From Vicinamibacteria bacterium (GTDB lineage: Bacteria > Acidobacteriota > Vicinamibacteria > Marinacidobacterales > Marinacidobacteraceae): DNA of 64,000 nucleotides. The stretch spans positions 1,760,001-1,824,000 of the forward strand of contig OY729431.1 in NCBI GenBank assembly GCA_963422395.1, given 5' to 3'. Below, piece after piece: positions 1 to 16,723 of this stretch (the first letter of the stretch is position 1; each line of letters starts with the position of its first letter). The notes beneath the pieces are model-generated. The model had not been told where the DNA came from. It was given only the letters and a program-made list of their open reading frames with translations, and did no database searches. The translations under genes were made by a program, and so were the position numbers.

Positions 1-961
1 AACTTCCCGGTTCGTTCGCCGGAAGGAGGATCTCGCCGATCCCCGAACGCGGCCCCGACGCCAGCCAGCGGATGTCGTTGGCGATCTTGTGGAGCGACAC
101 CGCCACCGTCTTCAGCGCGCCATGCGCGGCGACCAGCGCATCCCGGGAGGCGAGAGCCTCGAACTTGTTCGGCGCGCTCCGAAACTCGCACCCGGTGAGC
201 CGGCTGAGCCAGCGGGCCGCCCGCGGCCCCATTTCCGGAGGGGCGTTCAGCCCGGTGCCCACTGCGGTGCCGCCGAGGGCGAGCTCCCGGAGATGGGGGA
301 GCGAACCTTCGATGCGCAGGGCGCCGTGTTCGAGCTGGACCCGGTAGCCGGAGAACTCCTGCCCGAGGGTCAGCGGGGTGGCGTCTTGCAGGTGGGTGCG
401 TCCGATCTTGACTACCGAGGCGAACGCCTCCGCCCGCTCGCCAAGCGCGGCAGCGAGCGCCCGCACTGCCGGAAGCACCCGTTGCTCGAGAGCGAGCACC
501 GCCGCCACATGCAGGGCGGTGGGGAAGACATCGTTCGACGACTGCCCCCGGTTCACATCGTCGTTCGGGTGGACGAGCCGCCCCTGACCTCGCTGGCCCC
601 CGAGCAGTTCGCTGGAGCGATTGGCGAGCACCTCGTTCATGTTCATGTTGGACTGGGTGCCGCTCCCGGTCTGCCAGACGAGCAGGGGAAACTCCTCCGG
701 GTGCTCTCCCGCCAGCACTTCCCCGGCGGCGGCGGCGATGGCGTCCGCTTTCTTCTCGAATCTCGAGTCGAGATCCCGGTTCACGAGCGCAGCGGCCTGC
801 TTCACGAAAGCGAGCGCACGAACGATCTCTGACGGCATCCGTTCTCCCGAGATCCGGAAGTTCCGCCGGGACCGCTCGGTCTGCGCTCCGTAGAGGCGCA
901 CCGCCGGCACCTCCACATCGCCGAGCGTGTCCCGCTCGATCCTCGTATTCGACTCGGTCAT
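1..961 (-). CDS. fumC: Class II fumarate hydratase (3' end runs off the window)
   Basis: Manual translation from ATG 961 gives [31 protein letters not shown]... and later [34 protein letters not shown], the FumC signature. Absent from the ORF track because there is no stop in the window. Confidence 0.95.
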   Translation of the reverse strand, partial: MTESNTRIERDTLGDVEVPAVRLYGAQTERSRRNFRISGERMPSEIVRALAFVKQAAALVNRDLDSRFEKKADAIAAAAGEVLAGEHPEEFPLLVWQTGSGTQSNMNMNEVLANRSSELLGGQRGQGRLVHPNDDVNRGQSSNDVFPTALHVAAVLALEQRVLPAVRALAAALGERAEAFASVVKIGRTHLQDATPLTLGQEFSGYRVQLEHGALRIEGSLPHLRELALGGTAVGTGLNAPPEMGPRAARWLSRLTGCEFRSAPNKFEALASRDALVAAHGALKTVAVSLHKIANDIRWLASGPRSGIGEILLPANEPGS

Positions 962-1082
962 CGGCGCCTCCCGCCGTCAGTCGCCCTGCATCGGTCGTCC
1001 CGCGGCGCACAGAATCGTACCGTCGGGAGTACCCGAGTTCCTTCCCTCGTAGCAAGCGGGATTACGATAGGAGACTGCCCCG

Positions 1083-8109
<7,027 letters not shown>

Positions 8110-8148
8110 CCGACCGACCGGCCCGGGCGGCGGGGCCGGCGCGGTCCG

Positions 8149-9306
8149 TCAGCCGCCCAGGAAGCTGCGGGCGAGCATCCCCATCCCGTAGCCGAGGTAG
8201 TTCCCGACCGCGTAGCCGGCGAGCGCCACCGCGATCCCCGGAAGCAGCCGATCGCCGTAACCGCGCGCCGAGGCGATCGCCACTGCCGAGGCGGCCCCGC
8301 CGATGTTCGCCTGGGACGCCACCGCCAGCGTGCCGGTGTCGAAACGGAGCAGCCGCCCCAACCCGAAGATCACCAGCCCGTGGACGCCCACCGTGATCAG
8401 GGCGAACAGGAAGAGCGCCGGGCCGGCGGCGAGCATCTCCGAGACCAGCGATTGCGCGCCGTTTCCGGCGAGGAACAGGAAGATCAGCGCGTTGCCCAGA
8501 ACCGGCGCTCCGCGCAGGCGGCGAACGACCGGCAGATGGCCGAGGAGGAGCGCGATCGAAGTCAGCCAGAGCACCGCGGGGATCGCGGGGAGCGCCGCGC
8601 CGAGCAGGCGCGCCGCGGTCATCGTCCCGAGAGTGATCGAGACGAGCCCGAAGAAGTCCATCACCCGCAGGCTCTCGCCGCTCTCCTTGAGCCGCTGCTC
8701 GAGCGTCATCGGCCCCGACCGAACCCCCTCCTCCTGTCTTGCCGGAGATCTTGCCGGGTTGGAGTTGCGGCCGCGCCGCAGGAGTGCCGGCAGCCCGAGG
8801 CAGGCAGCGAGCCAGGCCACCGTCACGATCACATCGGCGGCCACCGCCCCCGACATCAGGTTCGGGTCGGTGCCGAAGGCGCTCGCCAGCGCGTAGAAGT
8901 TCGCTCCTCCCCCGATATAGGTCCCGGTGAACTGGCCGGTCAGCTTCCAGGCCTCGGCGCCCACTGCGCCGGACAGCAGCACAGTGGCGAGCAGGGTCCC
9001 GAGCATCGTTCCGAGAGCTCCGAGGCCGAACGCCCCGAGCATCGTTCTTCCCGCCTGCCGGATCGTCCGCAGGTCCACCGCCAGCAGGATGAGCACGATC
9101 GCCGCGTTCACCCAGATCGTCCCGAGCTGGTTGTACGCCGCGGCGTCGCCGGGAAGGACTCCCGAGTTCGAGAGCAGCATCCCGAGCGTCAGGCACAGAA
9201 GGCCCGCACTCGCCGCGCGGAAGAAGCGAAACCGCTTTTCGAGCCAGACCGCGACGAACACCACCAGGGCGAGCGTCAGGAAGATGCCGAAGGGGTCCTG
9301 GATCAT
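8149..9306 (-). CDS. DUF819-family multi-pass membrane protein
   Basis: TGTYIGGGANF and ASQANIGGAASA motifs; about 10 hydrophobic segments. Confidence 0.85.
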   Translation of the reverse strand: MIQDPFGIFLTLALVVFVAVWLEKRFRFFRAASAGLLCLTLGMLLSNSGVLPGDAAAYNQLGTIWVNAAIVLILLAVDLRTIRQAGRTMLGAFGLGALGTMLGTLLATVLLSGAVGAEAWKLTGQFTGTYIGGGANFYALASAFGTDPNLMSGAVAADVIVTVAWLAACLGLPALLRRGRNSNPARSPARQEEGVRSGPMTLEQRLKESGESLRVMDFFGLVSITLGTMTAARLLGAALPAIPAVLWLTSIALLLGHLPVVRRLRGAPVLGNALIFLFLAGNGAQSLVSEMLAAGPALFLFALITVGVHGLVIFGLGRLLRFDTGTLAVASQANIGGAASAVAIASARGYGDRLLPGIAVALAGYAVGNYLGYGMGMLARSFLGG

Positions 9307-9377
9307 GCCCGCGCTCCTCGGGGCAACCGGCGGCGGCGAAGAGTGTCGCTCACCGCGGCAGACCGCTACCTAATCCC

Positions 9378-10505
9378 TCAGCGGAGGCCGTCCGCCCAAG
9401 CGCGCACCGGGTTCACCAGCGTTCCGATCCCCTCCGCCCAGCAGGCGGCGGTGTCGCCGGGCTCCATGAAGATCGGCGGGTCCCGCGCGTAGCCGACCCC
9501 GTCCGGGGTGCCAGTGGCGATCACATCGCCCGGGCGGAGGATCAGGTTGTGCGAGGCGTACTGGATCAGTTCGAAGACCCCGTGCTCCATGAGGCCGGTG
9601 TTCGCGTCCTGCATCACCTCGCCGGAGAGGGTGAAACGGATGTCGAGGTCGTGGGGATCGGCGACGAATTCCGCGGGAGTGATGAAAGGGCCGAGCGGGG
9701 CGAAGGTCTCGGTGCTCTTCCAGACCAGCCAGTCGGAGCCGTAGCGGTCGTCGCCGCGCCCCTCGCGGTCTCCCACATCGTTCATCATCGTGTAGCCGAA
9801 GATGTGGTTCCCGGCGTCGGCGGCCGCCGCCTCGCTCGCCGGCTGGCCGATCACCACCGCGAGCTCGCATTCCCAGTCCACCATCTCGCGATCCGGCTTC
9901 ATCAGGATCGGCTCGCCGTGGCCGATCGCGATGGCCCCCGGCTTCAAGAAGAGATAGGGATTCTGCCGGGCGTCTTCCGGCTCGCGCTCCCAGAAGTGGT
10001 CCATCGAGGCCGGCGCGTCGTCGAGCGCGGAGGCGTCCGACATCGCCGCCGGCGCCCCGGTGGTCATCTCCCGGCCGTGCGCCGGGTAGTTCAACGCGGT
10101 CGCCAGGATGATCCCAGGCCGGACCGGCGGGAACACATGGAGCCCTTCGAGCTCGTGGATCCAGCGCGGCCGCTCGCCTTCCGGCCCGGCGAGCAGGGGA
10201 AGCACCCGGTCCACGATGGCGTGAGCGCGCTCGCGCATTCCGAGGTTCCAGCGCCCGGCGAGCTCGCGCATGTCCTCCGGCATCGGCAGCCGGACCCAGA
10301 GCCGGTTATGCCGTTCCAGCGAGGCGTTCGCCCGCGCGAGGTCCACGGCGAAGGCGTCCCGCAGCACGATCCCGAGGAATGCCTCCCCCCGATGCTCGAA
10401 AGTCCCCAGCCGGAAGGGCTCGGCCGAAGCGGAGGCCGGAGCCGTTCCCATGAGGAGCGCGGCAGCGACGGCGAACAGCAGGCCGATCGGGTGTCTTCGA
10501 CTCAT
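9378..10505 (-). CDS. Fumarylacetoacetate hydrolase family protein with signal peptide
   Basis: DWECELAVVIG, GYTMMNDV, K..ETFAPLGP and PGDVIATGTPDGVG motifs. Confidence 0.9.
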   Translation of the reverse strand: MSRRHPIGLLFAVAAALLMGTAPASASAEPFRLGTFEHRGEAFLGIVLRDAFAVDLARANASLERHNRLWVRLPMPEDMRELAGRWNLGMRERAHAIVDRVLPLLAGPEGERPRWIHELEGLHVFPPVRPGIILATALNYPAHGREMTTGAPAAMSDASALDDAPASMDHFWEREPEDARQNPYLFLKPGAIAIGHGEPILMKPDREMVDWECELAVVIGQPASEAAAADAGNHIFGYTMMNDVGDREGRGDDRYGSDWLVWKSTETFAPLGPFITPAEFVADPHDLDIRFTLSGEVMQDANTGLMEHGVFELIQYASHNLILRPGDVIATGTPDGVGYARDPPIFMEPGDTAACWAEGIGTLVNPVRAWADGLR

Positions 10506-10563
10506 GGAGGCGGAGTATCCCACCGGGGAGCTCGCCCACTAAAAAGCGGACGACTCTCAGGAG

Positions 10564-12528
10564 TCACCCCTTCCTGCGGTCCGCGGTCAATTCCACCAGG
10601 CGGGAGCCGATGACCCTGACCCTGGCCCGTTCGCCCGGACGAAGCCCCAGCCGGCGAAGCGGATCGGCCAGGTATCCGAGCGAGGCTCCGTTGATGGAGG
10701 CAAGCGGCCATCGGACCGAGAGAGCGGGGCAGTCGGGCAGGTTCTCGATCCGGACCCGCTCTCGTCCGTCCGGGGCGCATCCGAGCTCCTCGGCGAACTC
10801 CGGAGGCATCCCGGTAACGCTGTATCCATCGAAGAAGCGGGCATGCACCTGGAATGTCCAGTACGGGGCGCCGCCGCGGTCCCGCCCATCGATCACCTCG
10901 TCCAGAGGACGCAGTGGCAGCGAAGAGATATCGGCGATTCGGATCCACCCATCGCGAATCACGAACTTCGGCGCTCGCATGAAGATGCGAACGCTGTTCG
11001 GTTCCACCTTGAATTGCCGGGGAATCTCCCTGAGACACCTTTCGGTCGTCGTCGCCCCGCCTCCTTCCTCGATTCGGCGAAGGATTTCCTCGACGATCCC
11101 TTCGTACGGGACATCGATCCATTCGCCGAGCCCCCAGCGGTCCTTGTCGGCTTTGACGACGCTCGGTATGTTCGAAAGGTGGGCACCGATCCGGCGTTCC
11201 GGCAATCCGCACACCGCTGCGATCTCCTGGCGCGCCGCCGGGCGCCCGAACGAGAGGAGAGCCGCCTTGGCCCGTGCTTTCCGAGTCGAACGAATCCCCC
11301 AGGATCCGTGTAGATCGTGGAGCCCGCACTGTTTTCGCAGCCACGGCCAGGACCGGCGCCACTCGCCCTCAGGCAGCCTCGCGATCAACTCGGACTCGTC
11401 GACGAGGCCGACATCATCCGCGAGCTCCTGAGCGTGAGCCTTGACCTCCTCGATGACTTTCCTGGTGCTCTCGTCGATGTAGAAGCCGTCTCGCAGGGTG
11501 AAACCCATTTCCGCGATCAAAGCCCGTCCCAACAGACGCTCGACCAGCGGGGAAGCAGCCGACAACAGGGATTTCAGGCGCCGCTCGACCGTGGCCTCCG
11601 GGGCGATGGATCCCAACTGCTCTTGCAAAACCAATGCGAGGACCCGCCGTTCTGCACCCATCGTGCCGCCGATTCTCCTTTCGACTCTGACTTGAATCTG
11701 GCGGATCCGTTCTCGCGTCACACCGACCCGCGATCCAATCGCTTCGAGCGTCAGCGGCGGTGCCCGCAGCAGCCGTTCTTCGACAATCGTGCGTTCGGTC
11801 GCCGACATCGCCTCGATCGTTCTCGCCAAACGGCTCGACATGAGGGACAGGGGGCCGATCGCCCCCTCGACCAGGTTCTCGATTCGGATCGCCGACATCT
11901 CCCGGTCGAGACCCAACCTGGCCGCCAGCCGGAGGAAATCCGGATGCAGCGCATCCGCGAGAGTTGCCCCCACTCGAAGTTCCACGGCCGCTGCGAAGAG
12001 TGGGCGCAACAGGTTCCCGGCCCCTCCCCAGGGGCCGGCGGCAGTCGGCGATGCCGCCGCACCACCCTGCTGCGCCGAGTCGGCGGCGTCCCTCGGCGAC
12101 GGACTCGCCTGGTGCGATGCCTCGACTCCGGCGGCGGCTCTCTCCTTGAGAACTTCCTCGACCTCGAAGAGCAAGTTCTTCATGGACAGGTGTCCGAAGT
12201 TGCGAATGCCGAGCAGGTCGCGAACGGCGAGAGCGTTGTCCCCCTCCATGAGCCGCGCCGTCCGCAAAGCGTTTGCCGTTCGGAAAGTCAGGAGCAGACG
12301 GTGGAGGATCGAGCGATCGAAACCCGCGGGCCAGGCGAGTGCGTTCGAACGAGGTTTGCGGCCCAGGTGAAGAGCAGTGAGCGTCTCCTCGAGCTCGTCG
12401 AGATAGCGCTGCGCTTCGCCGGAAGACAGCTGCCCGGCGACCGTCCGACGCCAGGGGAACGGCTCTTCGGCTCCGAGCGCGGCAGCACCCATCGGCTCGC
12501 CACCCTCTGCCTGGGACGGCGCCTTCAT
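10564..12528 (-). CDS. Protein combining RNAP alpha-CTD-like, sigma-70 region 4 HTH and winged-HTH domains
   Basis: alpha-CTD-like RTANALRTA...VRDLLGIRNFGHLSM; sigma r4 TLEAIGSRVGVTRERIRQIQ; wHTH ending WGLGEW. Start set at MKAPSQ (12528) because the upstream part of the ORF overlaps the DUF885 gene. Confidence 0.75.
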   Translation of the reverse strand: MKAPSQAEGGEPMGAAALGAEEPFPWRRTVAGQLSSGEAQRYLDELEETLTALHLGRKPRSNALAWPAGFDRSILHRLLLTFRTANALRTARLMEGDNALAVRDLLGIRNFGHLSMKNLLFEVEEVLKERAAAGVEASHQASPSPRDAADSAQQGGAAASPTAAGPWGGAGNLLRPLFAAAVELRVGATLADALHPDFLRLAARLGLDREMSAIRIENLVEGAIGPLSLMSSRLARTIEAMSATERTIVEERLLRAPPLTLEAIGSRVGVTRERIRQIQVRVERRIGGTMGAERRVLALVLQEQLGSIAPEATVERRLKSLLSAASPLVERLLGRALIAEMGFTLRDGFYIDESTRKVIEEVKAHAQELADDVGLVDESELIARLPEGEWRRSWPWLRKQCGLHDLHGSWGIRSTRKARAKAALLSFGRPAARQEIAAVCGLPERRIGAHLSNIPSVVKADKDRWGLGEWIDVPYEGIVEEILRRIEEGGGATTTERCLREIPRQFKVEPNSVRIFMRAPKFVIRDGWIRIADISSLPLRPLDEVIDGRDRGGAPYWTFQVHARFFDGYSVTGMPPEFAEELGCAPDGRERVRIENLPDCPALSVRWPLASINGASLGYLADPLRRLGLRPGERARVRVIGSRLVELTADRRKG

Positions 12529-12569
12529 GAAAGGCTCCAGCGATACCGTCTGATCGGCAATCCGATCGA

Positions 12570-14255
12570 TCAGGGGCGCAGGTCGAGCACGGGGTCCTTC
12601 TGGCCGGTCAGCTCCCAGCGCACCAGCGTGATCGGAATCACCCCAGCGCCGTAGAAACGGTCGAAGAAGCCCTTCACCGAGAAGTCCGGCCCGTCCAGCA
12701 GCGCTGCCTCGGCGAGCAGTTCCTCGATCTGCAGCTTCCCGACTACATAGCTGGTCCCATAGCCCGGCTGGCGCAGGTAGAGGTGTTGTTCGCCGCGGAC
12801 GAGTTCGCCTTCGGTGAGCCAGCCGCGCGGAGTCCAGCGCATCGCGTGCGCCACCGCCTCCTCCATGTCGAACTCGCCGCTGTGGAGGCGCAGCCCGCTG
12901 AGCGCGCGGGCGGCGCGCTGGGCCAGCATGATCCAGGTGAGTTCGCGGGAGCGCGGCGACCCTGCGAGCAGGCCGAGATGGAGGAACATCTCCTCGACGC
13001 CGGTGGCGAGCCCCTCGGAACGGACCGCGAAGATGTTCCCGAGCGACGGCACCGCACGCATCGGGCTCGGGTGCGGCGCCTCCCGCATCGCCGCCAGCTC
13101 GATCCAATGGTGCATGTGGGGCCGGAAGGCGTCCGGATCCCGGTAGTTCACCTCGTTGAAGAAATTCCGCAGGTCGTCCGGGTCGGCGAGCGGCTGGAAG
13201 ACGCCCACCTTCTCCCGCAGCGCCGGCGCCATCCAGGATTCCACGGTCTGGACTTCCTCCCGCTCGAGGAACTCCAGATAGCGATCCACCGACTCGTCGA
13301 GGCGGCGGTCGTATTCGGCGGCGGAGGCGATCCGCTCGAGATCCGGGAGCGCCCGGTTGCGGTTCTCCTCGAGCCGCAGCGAGGCGTGCGACCGCGCGAG
13401 CTCCCGCCGGACGAGGGTCACCTGCTCCTCCCACGACCAGGGGAGCAGATGCACCTGGCGCATGAGCCAGGTGTAGTGGTCCGCACCGATCCCCGAGGGT
13501 CCGTTCTTCGCCTCCGCCTCGGCGGACAGCCACGCACGGAAGTCCAGGGTGGCGCGGCGGGCTTCGGCCACCGCGGCGTCGAGAGCCTCGTTCCTGCCTT
13601 CGACCCGCTCCCCGAAGGCCGCGAGGTCAGCCGCCTGATTCCGGAAGGCCCGAAGCCCGGCGAGCCAGAGATCCCTGGCGTTCGAGGCGGCGAGATTCTC
13701 CCGCGCCTGGGCGAGAAGCGCGGGAATCGCCCCGATCCGCCCGGCGAGCTCGGCGGCATCCGCGTCCGAAAGCGGATACTCGTAGGTCCACAGGTCGATC
13801 CAGCCGTGGATCACCGCCCCTTCGTGCGCCGGCACATCGCTCTGGGCGGGGAACACCGTCACATAGAACGCGGGGTCGCGCGCCCAGGGCCGCCGCACCC
13901 GGTGATCGAAGTCGAGCCCGTTCATCTCGGCGCGCACCAGGTGCCAGTCCACTTGCTCCGCGACCGGCCAACTTTCCGGGGCGAGTGCGTCCAGCCGGGC
14001 GCGCCAGTCCGGCAGGGCTGCGTGCTGACGAGCCATCGCTCCGGCGGTGTAGTCGGGGACTCCGTTCCCGAAATCGGGGCGCTCGAACTCGCGCCACTCC
14101 GCGAAGAGCGCGATCAGATCGTCGTGGGTTCCCGGCGCGGCCGGCGCCGGCCCCGGTTCCGGCGCGCAGCCGGCGGCGAGCAGCGCTGCCAGCACGACCC
14201 GAAACCTGAAGGGAGAGCGCGCGGCGGGAACAGAGCGCAGGGTCATGGGGTCCAT
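12570..14255 (-). CDS. DUF885-family lipoprotein
   Basis: Lipobox LAAGC; RPWARDPAFY, SEGLATGVEEM and QPGYGTSYVVGK motifs. Confidence 0.85.
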   Translation of the reverse strand: MDPMTLRSVPAARSPFRFRVVLAALLAAGCAPEPGPAPAAPGTHDDLIALFAEWREFERPDFGNGVPDYTAGAMARQHAALPDWRARLDALAPESWPVAEQVDWHLVRAEMNGLDFDHRVRRPWARDPAFYVTVFPAQSDVPAHEGAVIHGWIDLWTYEYPLSDADAAELAGRIGAIPALLAQARENLAASNARDLWLAGLRAFRNQAADLAAFGERVEGRNEALDAAVAEARRATLDFRAWLSAEAEAKNGPSGIGADHYTWLMRQVHLLPWSWEEQVTLVRRELARSHASLRLEENRNRALPDLERIASAAEYDRRLDESVDRYLEFLEREEVQTVESWMAPALREKVGVFQPLADPDDLRNFFNEVNYRDPDAFRPHMHHWIELAAMREAPHPSPMRAVPSLGNIFAVRSEGLATGVEEMFLHLGLLAGSPRSRELTWIMLAQRAARALSGLRLHSGEFDMEEAVAHAMRWTPRGWLTEGELVRGEQHLYLRQPGYGTSYVVGKLQIEELLAEAALLDGPDFSVKGFFDRFYGAGVIPITLVRWELTGQKDPVLDLRP

Positions 14256-15550
14256 CCTCCTTCTGCGATCCTACGCCCCCTTCCGTCCTCACTTCGGGGG
14301 GACGGGCGGGATTTCCCGCGAAGGACGGAATCCAGGGTTTCCAGAAAGCGATCGATGTCCTGCTCGCGGTGGTAGTGCGCGAGCGAGGCCCGGACCACCC
14401 CCTGCGCCGGGTCCCGGCCGCATTCCTCGAGCGTCGTCCGCGCCCCGAGATCGCCCGATGCGACCCGCGCCCCCGCATCTTCGAGAGCCGCCCCGAGATC
14501 GGCAGCGTCTCTCCCCTCCACGCCGAAGGTGAAGGTCGGCGTCCGATACGCCGCCCGGCGCGGATCGGCCTCGCCGAGCAGCGCGAGCCCCGAGCTTCGG
14601 GACAGCCCCGAGAGCATCCGCCGGGAGAGGATCCGCTCTTCGTGGCGAATGCTCTGCATCCCGCGCCGCATGGCCTCCCGACCGAAGAAGCGCTCCGAGG
14701 GGGGGGCCGCCGGCGCGCCCGGCTCCTCGCCGAGCCGCCCGGCGTAAGCGACCATCCGCAGGAGTCCGGTCACCGTCTCCGGCGAGACGAGGCCGTTCGC
14801 CGACGGTGCGGAGAGCGAACCTTCGACGGACAGGGCTTCACGATCTTCACGAAGCAGGGCTTCGGCAGGCAGGTTGGCAACTCTCGGCGGCCCCCCCGGC
14901 AGCCGATCCTTCCGGCGGCGGATCCAGAGCGCTGCTCCCTGGGCCCCGAACAGTTCGTCGGCCGCTGCGATCACGGCGCCGCAGCGCAGGTTCCGGATGT
15001 CGAGCGGCCCATGCGCCGCGAAATGGCTCGCCTCGACCACCAGCTCCACCCCGCTGCCGGCGAGCCGTTGTGCGAACGGCACCACCTCGTTCAGCGCCCC
15101 GGTGACCGGACACGCCTTGGTGAGCACCACCAGGCGGGTCTCGGGGCCGAGCAGCCCTTCGAGATCCTCGAGAAAGAGCCGGCCGCAGCCCCGCGGGCGC
15201 CAGTCGGAGACGAGGACGCCGTCGGGGGATGCGTTTTTCCAGGCGGTGCGGCGGCAGTGGGGCTCGGAAGCGGAGAGCACGATCCGGTCGCCCGCGGCGA
15301 GGCCGAAGCCCGCGAGCAGGACCGCGGCCGCGTCGGAGTAGCGGTCGGCGATCACGATCTGCCGGTCGGCCCATTCTGGGTTCGTGTTCCAGAACCAGGC
15401 GAGGGTGGCGCGCAGCGAACGGAGCGCCTCGTGATCCGCTTCCACCGGGCGGGGCCGCAGCGCGCGCGGCGACCGCACTGCGTCGAAATCGAGCCCTGCC
15501 TCCGCTGGAGGCACGAAGGCGGCAGTGACGAGAGAGTGCGAAAGGCGCAT
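14243..15550 (-). CDS. Class V aminotransferase / cysteine desulfurase-like protein, degenerate
   Basis: TRLVVLTKACPVTGALN, HFAAHGPLDI, RTPTFTF and VVRASLAHYH match the fold. The PLP-lysine position reads AADELFG. Confidence 0.7.
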   Translation of the reverse strand: MRLSHSLVTAAFVPPAEAGLDFDAVRSPRALRPRPVEADHEALRSLRATLAWFWNTNPEWADRQIVIADRYSDAAAVLLAGFGLAAGDRIVLSASEPHCRRTAWKNASPDGVLVSDWRPRGCGRLFLEDLEGLLGPETRLVVLTKACPVTGALNEVVPFAQRLAGSGVELVVEASHFAAHGPLDIRNLRCGAVIAAADELFGAQGAALWIRRRKDRLPGGPPRVANLPAEALLREDREALSVEGSLSAPSANGLVSPETVTGLLRMVAYAGRLGEEPGAPAAPPSERFFGREAMRRGMQSIRHEERILSRRMLSGLSRSSGLALLGEADPRRAAYRTPTFTFGVEGRDAADLGAALEDAGARVASGDLGARTTLEECGRDPAQGVVRASLAHYHREQDIDRFLETLDSVLRGKSRPSPRSEDGRGRRIAEGGWTP

Positions 15551-15605
15551 GGATCGGCGCGGAGCCGCTTAGGATAGGCGTGCCGGCCATGTTTGCCGGT
15601 CTCCC

Positions 15606-16571
15606 ATGGCGCCCTTTCCCGAGTTCCCTGCTCCGTCCCCGCGGGTTACGGACAGAACCAAGGCCGTCGGCGTGTTGTCGGTGACCGGCTCCGACCGGAC
15701 CCGGTTCCTCACCCGGATCCTGTCGGGAGACCTCCCGCGCGCACCCGGCTCGGCCCGGACCGCGCTCCTCGACCCAAGGGGCCGGGTGATCGCCGCCGCG
15801 GTTGCGACGCTCACCCGCGAGGCGGTCTTTCTCGAGTGCGAGCGCACCCGGGAAGCCGCGCTCCTCGCCGCACTCGAGCGTTACCGAATCGCCGACGCCG
15901 TGGAGATCTCCCCCATGAACCGGGGAGAAATCCGGCTGTGGCGCCGCGACGGTTCGGACCCGAGAGGATCCGATCCGGGGGAAACCGCCCCGGGAGCGGT
16001 CCTCGACCTGCCCGGGGGCTATCTGCGCCGCGATTTCCGCCCCTGGCCGGCGTGGACCATCTTCCAGGCCGAAGATCTGCCGCTGCCCTCCGCTCTATCG
16101 GCCTCCGAAGAGGGAGCGGCCGCGGCGGCCCCTGAGGAACAGGAGTACCTGCGCATCCTCGCGGGGGAACCGCGTTGGGGCGCCGAGCTCGACGAGACTT
16201 CGCTTCCGCTGGGGGCAGGGCTCGCCGCTCATGTGCGCCTCGGCAAGGGCTGCTACATCGGCCAGGAATATGTCGCCCGCCAAGCCCACCGGGGCCGCGT
16301 CCCTCGGCTGCTCCGCCGCCTCGAATTCGCGGAGGAGACCCTGCCCGACCCAGGAGCGAAGGTCGCTTCCGAGGGGCGCGCCGTCGGCCGGATCACGAGC
16401 ACGGCACCCCCGCCCGCAGGTTGGCCCCCGGGAACGAAGCCGCTGGCACTCGCCGTCCTCGCCGCCGAAGTGGAGCCCGGCGCCCTCGTCGAGGCAGTCG
16501 TCGAGAATGCTGTCGCGCATGGCGGACGGCCGGCGGCGGCGGCGCGAGTCCGGGAGCTGCCGACGATCTGA
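15606..16571 (+). CDS. ygfZ: YgfZ/GcvT-family folate-dependent Fe-S assembly protein
   Basis: Signature KGCYIGQE; N-terminal VTGSDRTRFL. Confidence 0.85.
   Translation: MAPFPEFPAPSPRVTDRTKAVGVLSVTGSDRTRFLTRILSGDLPRAPGSARTALLDPRGRVIAAAVATLTREAVFLECERTREAALLAALERYRIADAVEISPMNRGEIRLWRRDGSDPRGSDPGETAPGAVLDLPGGYLRRDFRPWPAWTIFQAEDLPLPSALSASEEGAAAAAPEEQEYLRILAGEPRWGAELDETSLPLGAGLAAHVRLGKGCYIGQEYVARQAHRGRVPRLLRRLEFAEETLPDPGAKVASEGRAVGRITSTAPPPAGWPPGTKPLALAVLAAEVEPGALVEAVVENAVAHGGRPAAAARVRELPTI
16256..16405 (+). repeat. Direct repeat copy 1 (inside ygfZ)
   Basis: Matches 27974-28124 with about 10 substitutions and 1 indel in 150 nt (manual alignment). Confidence 0.9.
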
Positions 16572-16723
16572 CTCCAGAGCACCCGGCGGCTTCCGCCGCA
16601 GCGTCCGGGCCGGCGCGGAAAGCAGCACGGCTGTCATCGGCAAGGCCGGTCTTCGCTTCCTCTGCCCCGCGCCGCGAACCCCATCGGTTGGCGCCATGAC
16701 AGAATTCGTCTAATCCATGGTGC

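Noticed and set aside
12529-13533. Extension of the sigma-r4 ORF to 989 aa
   Set aside because: Off-frame shadow of the DUF885 gene.
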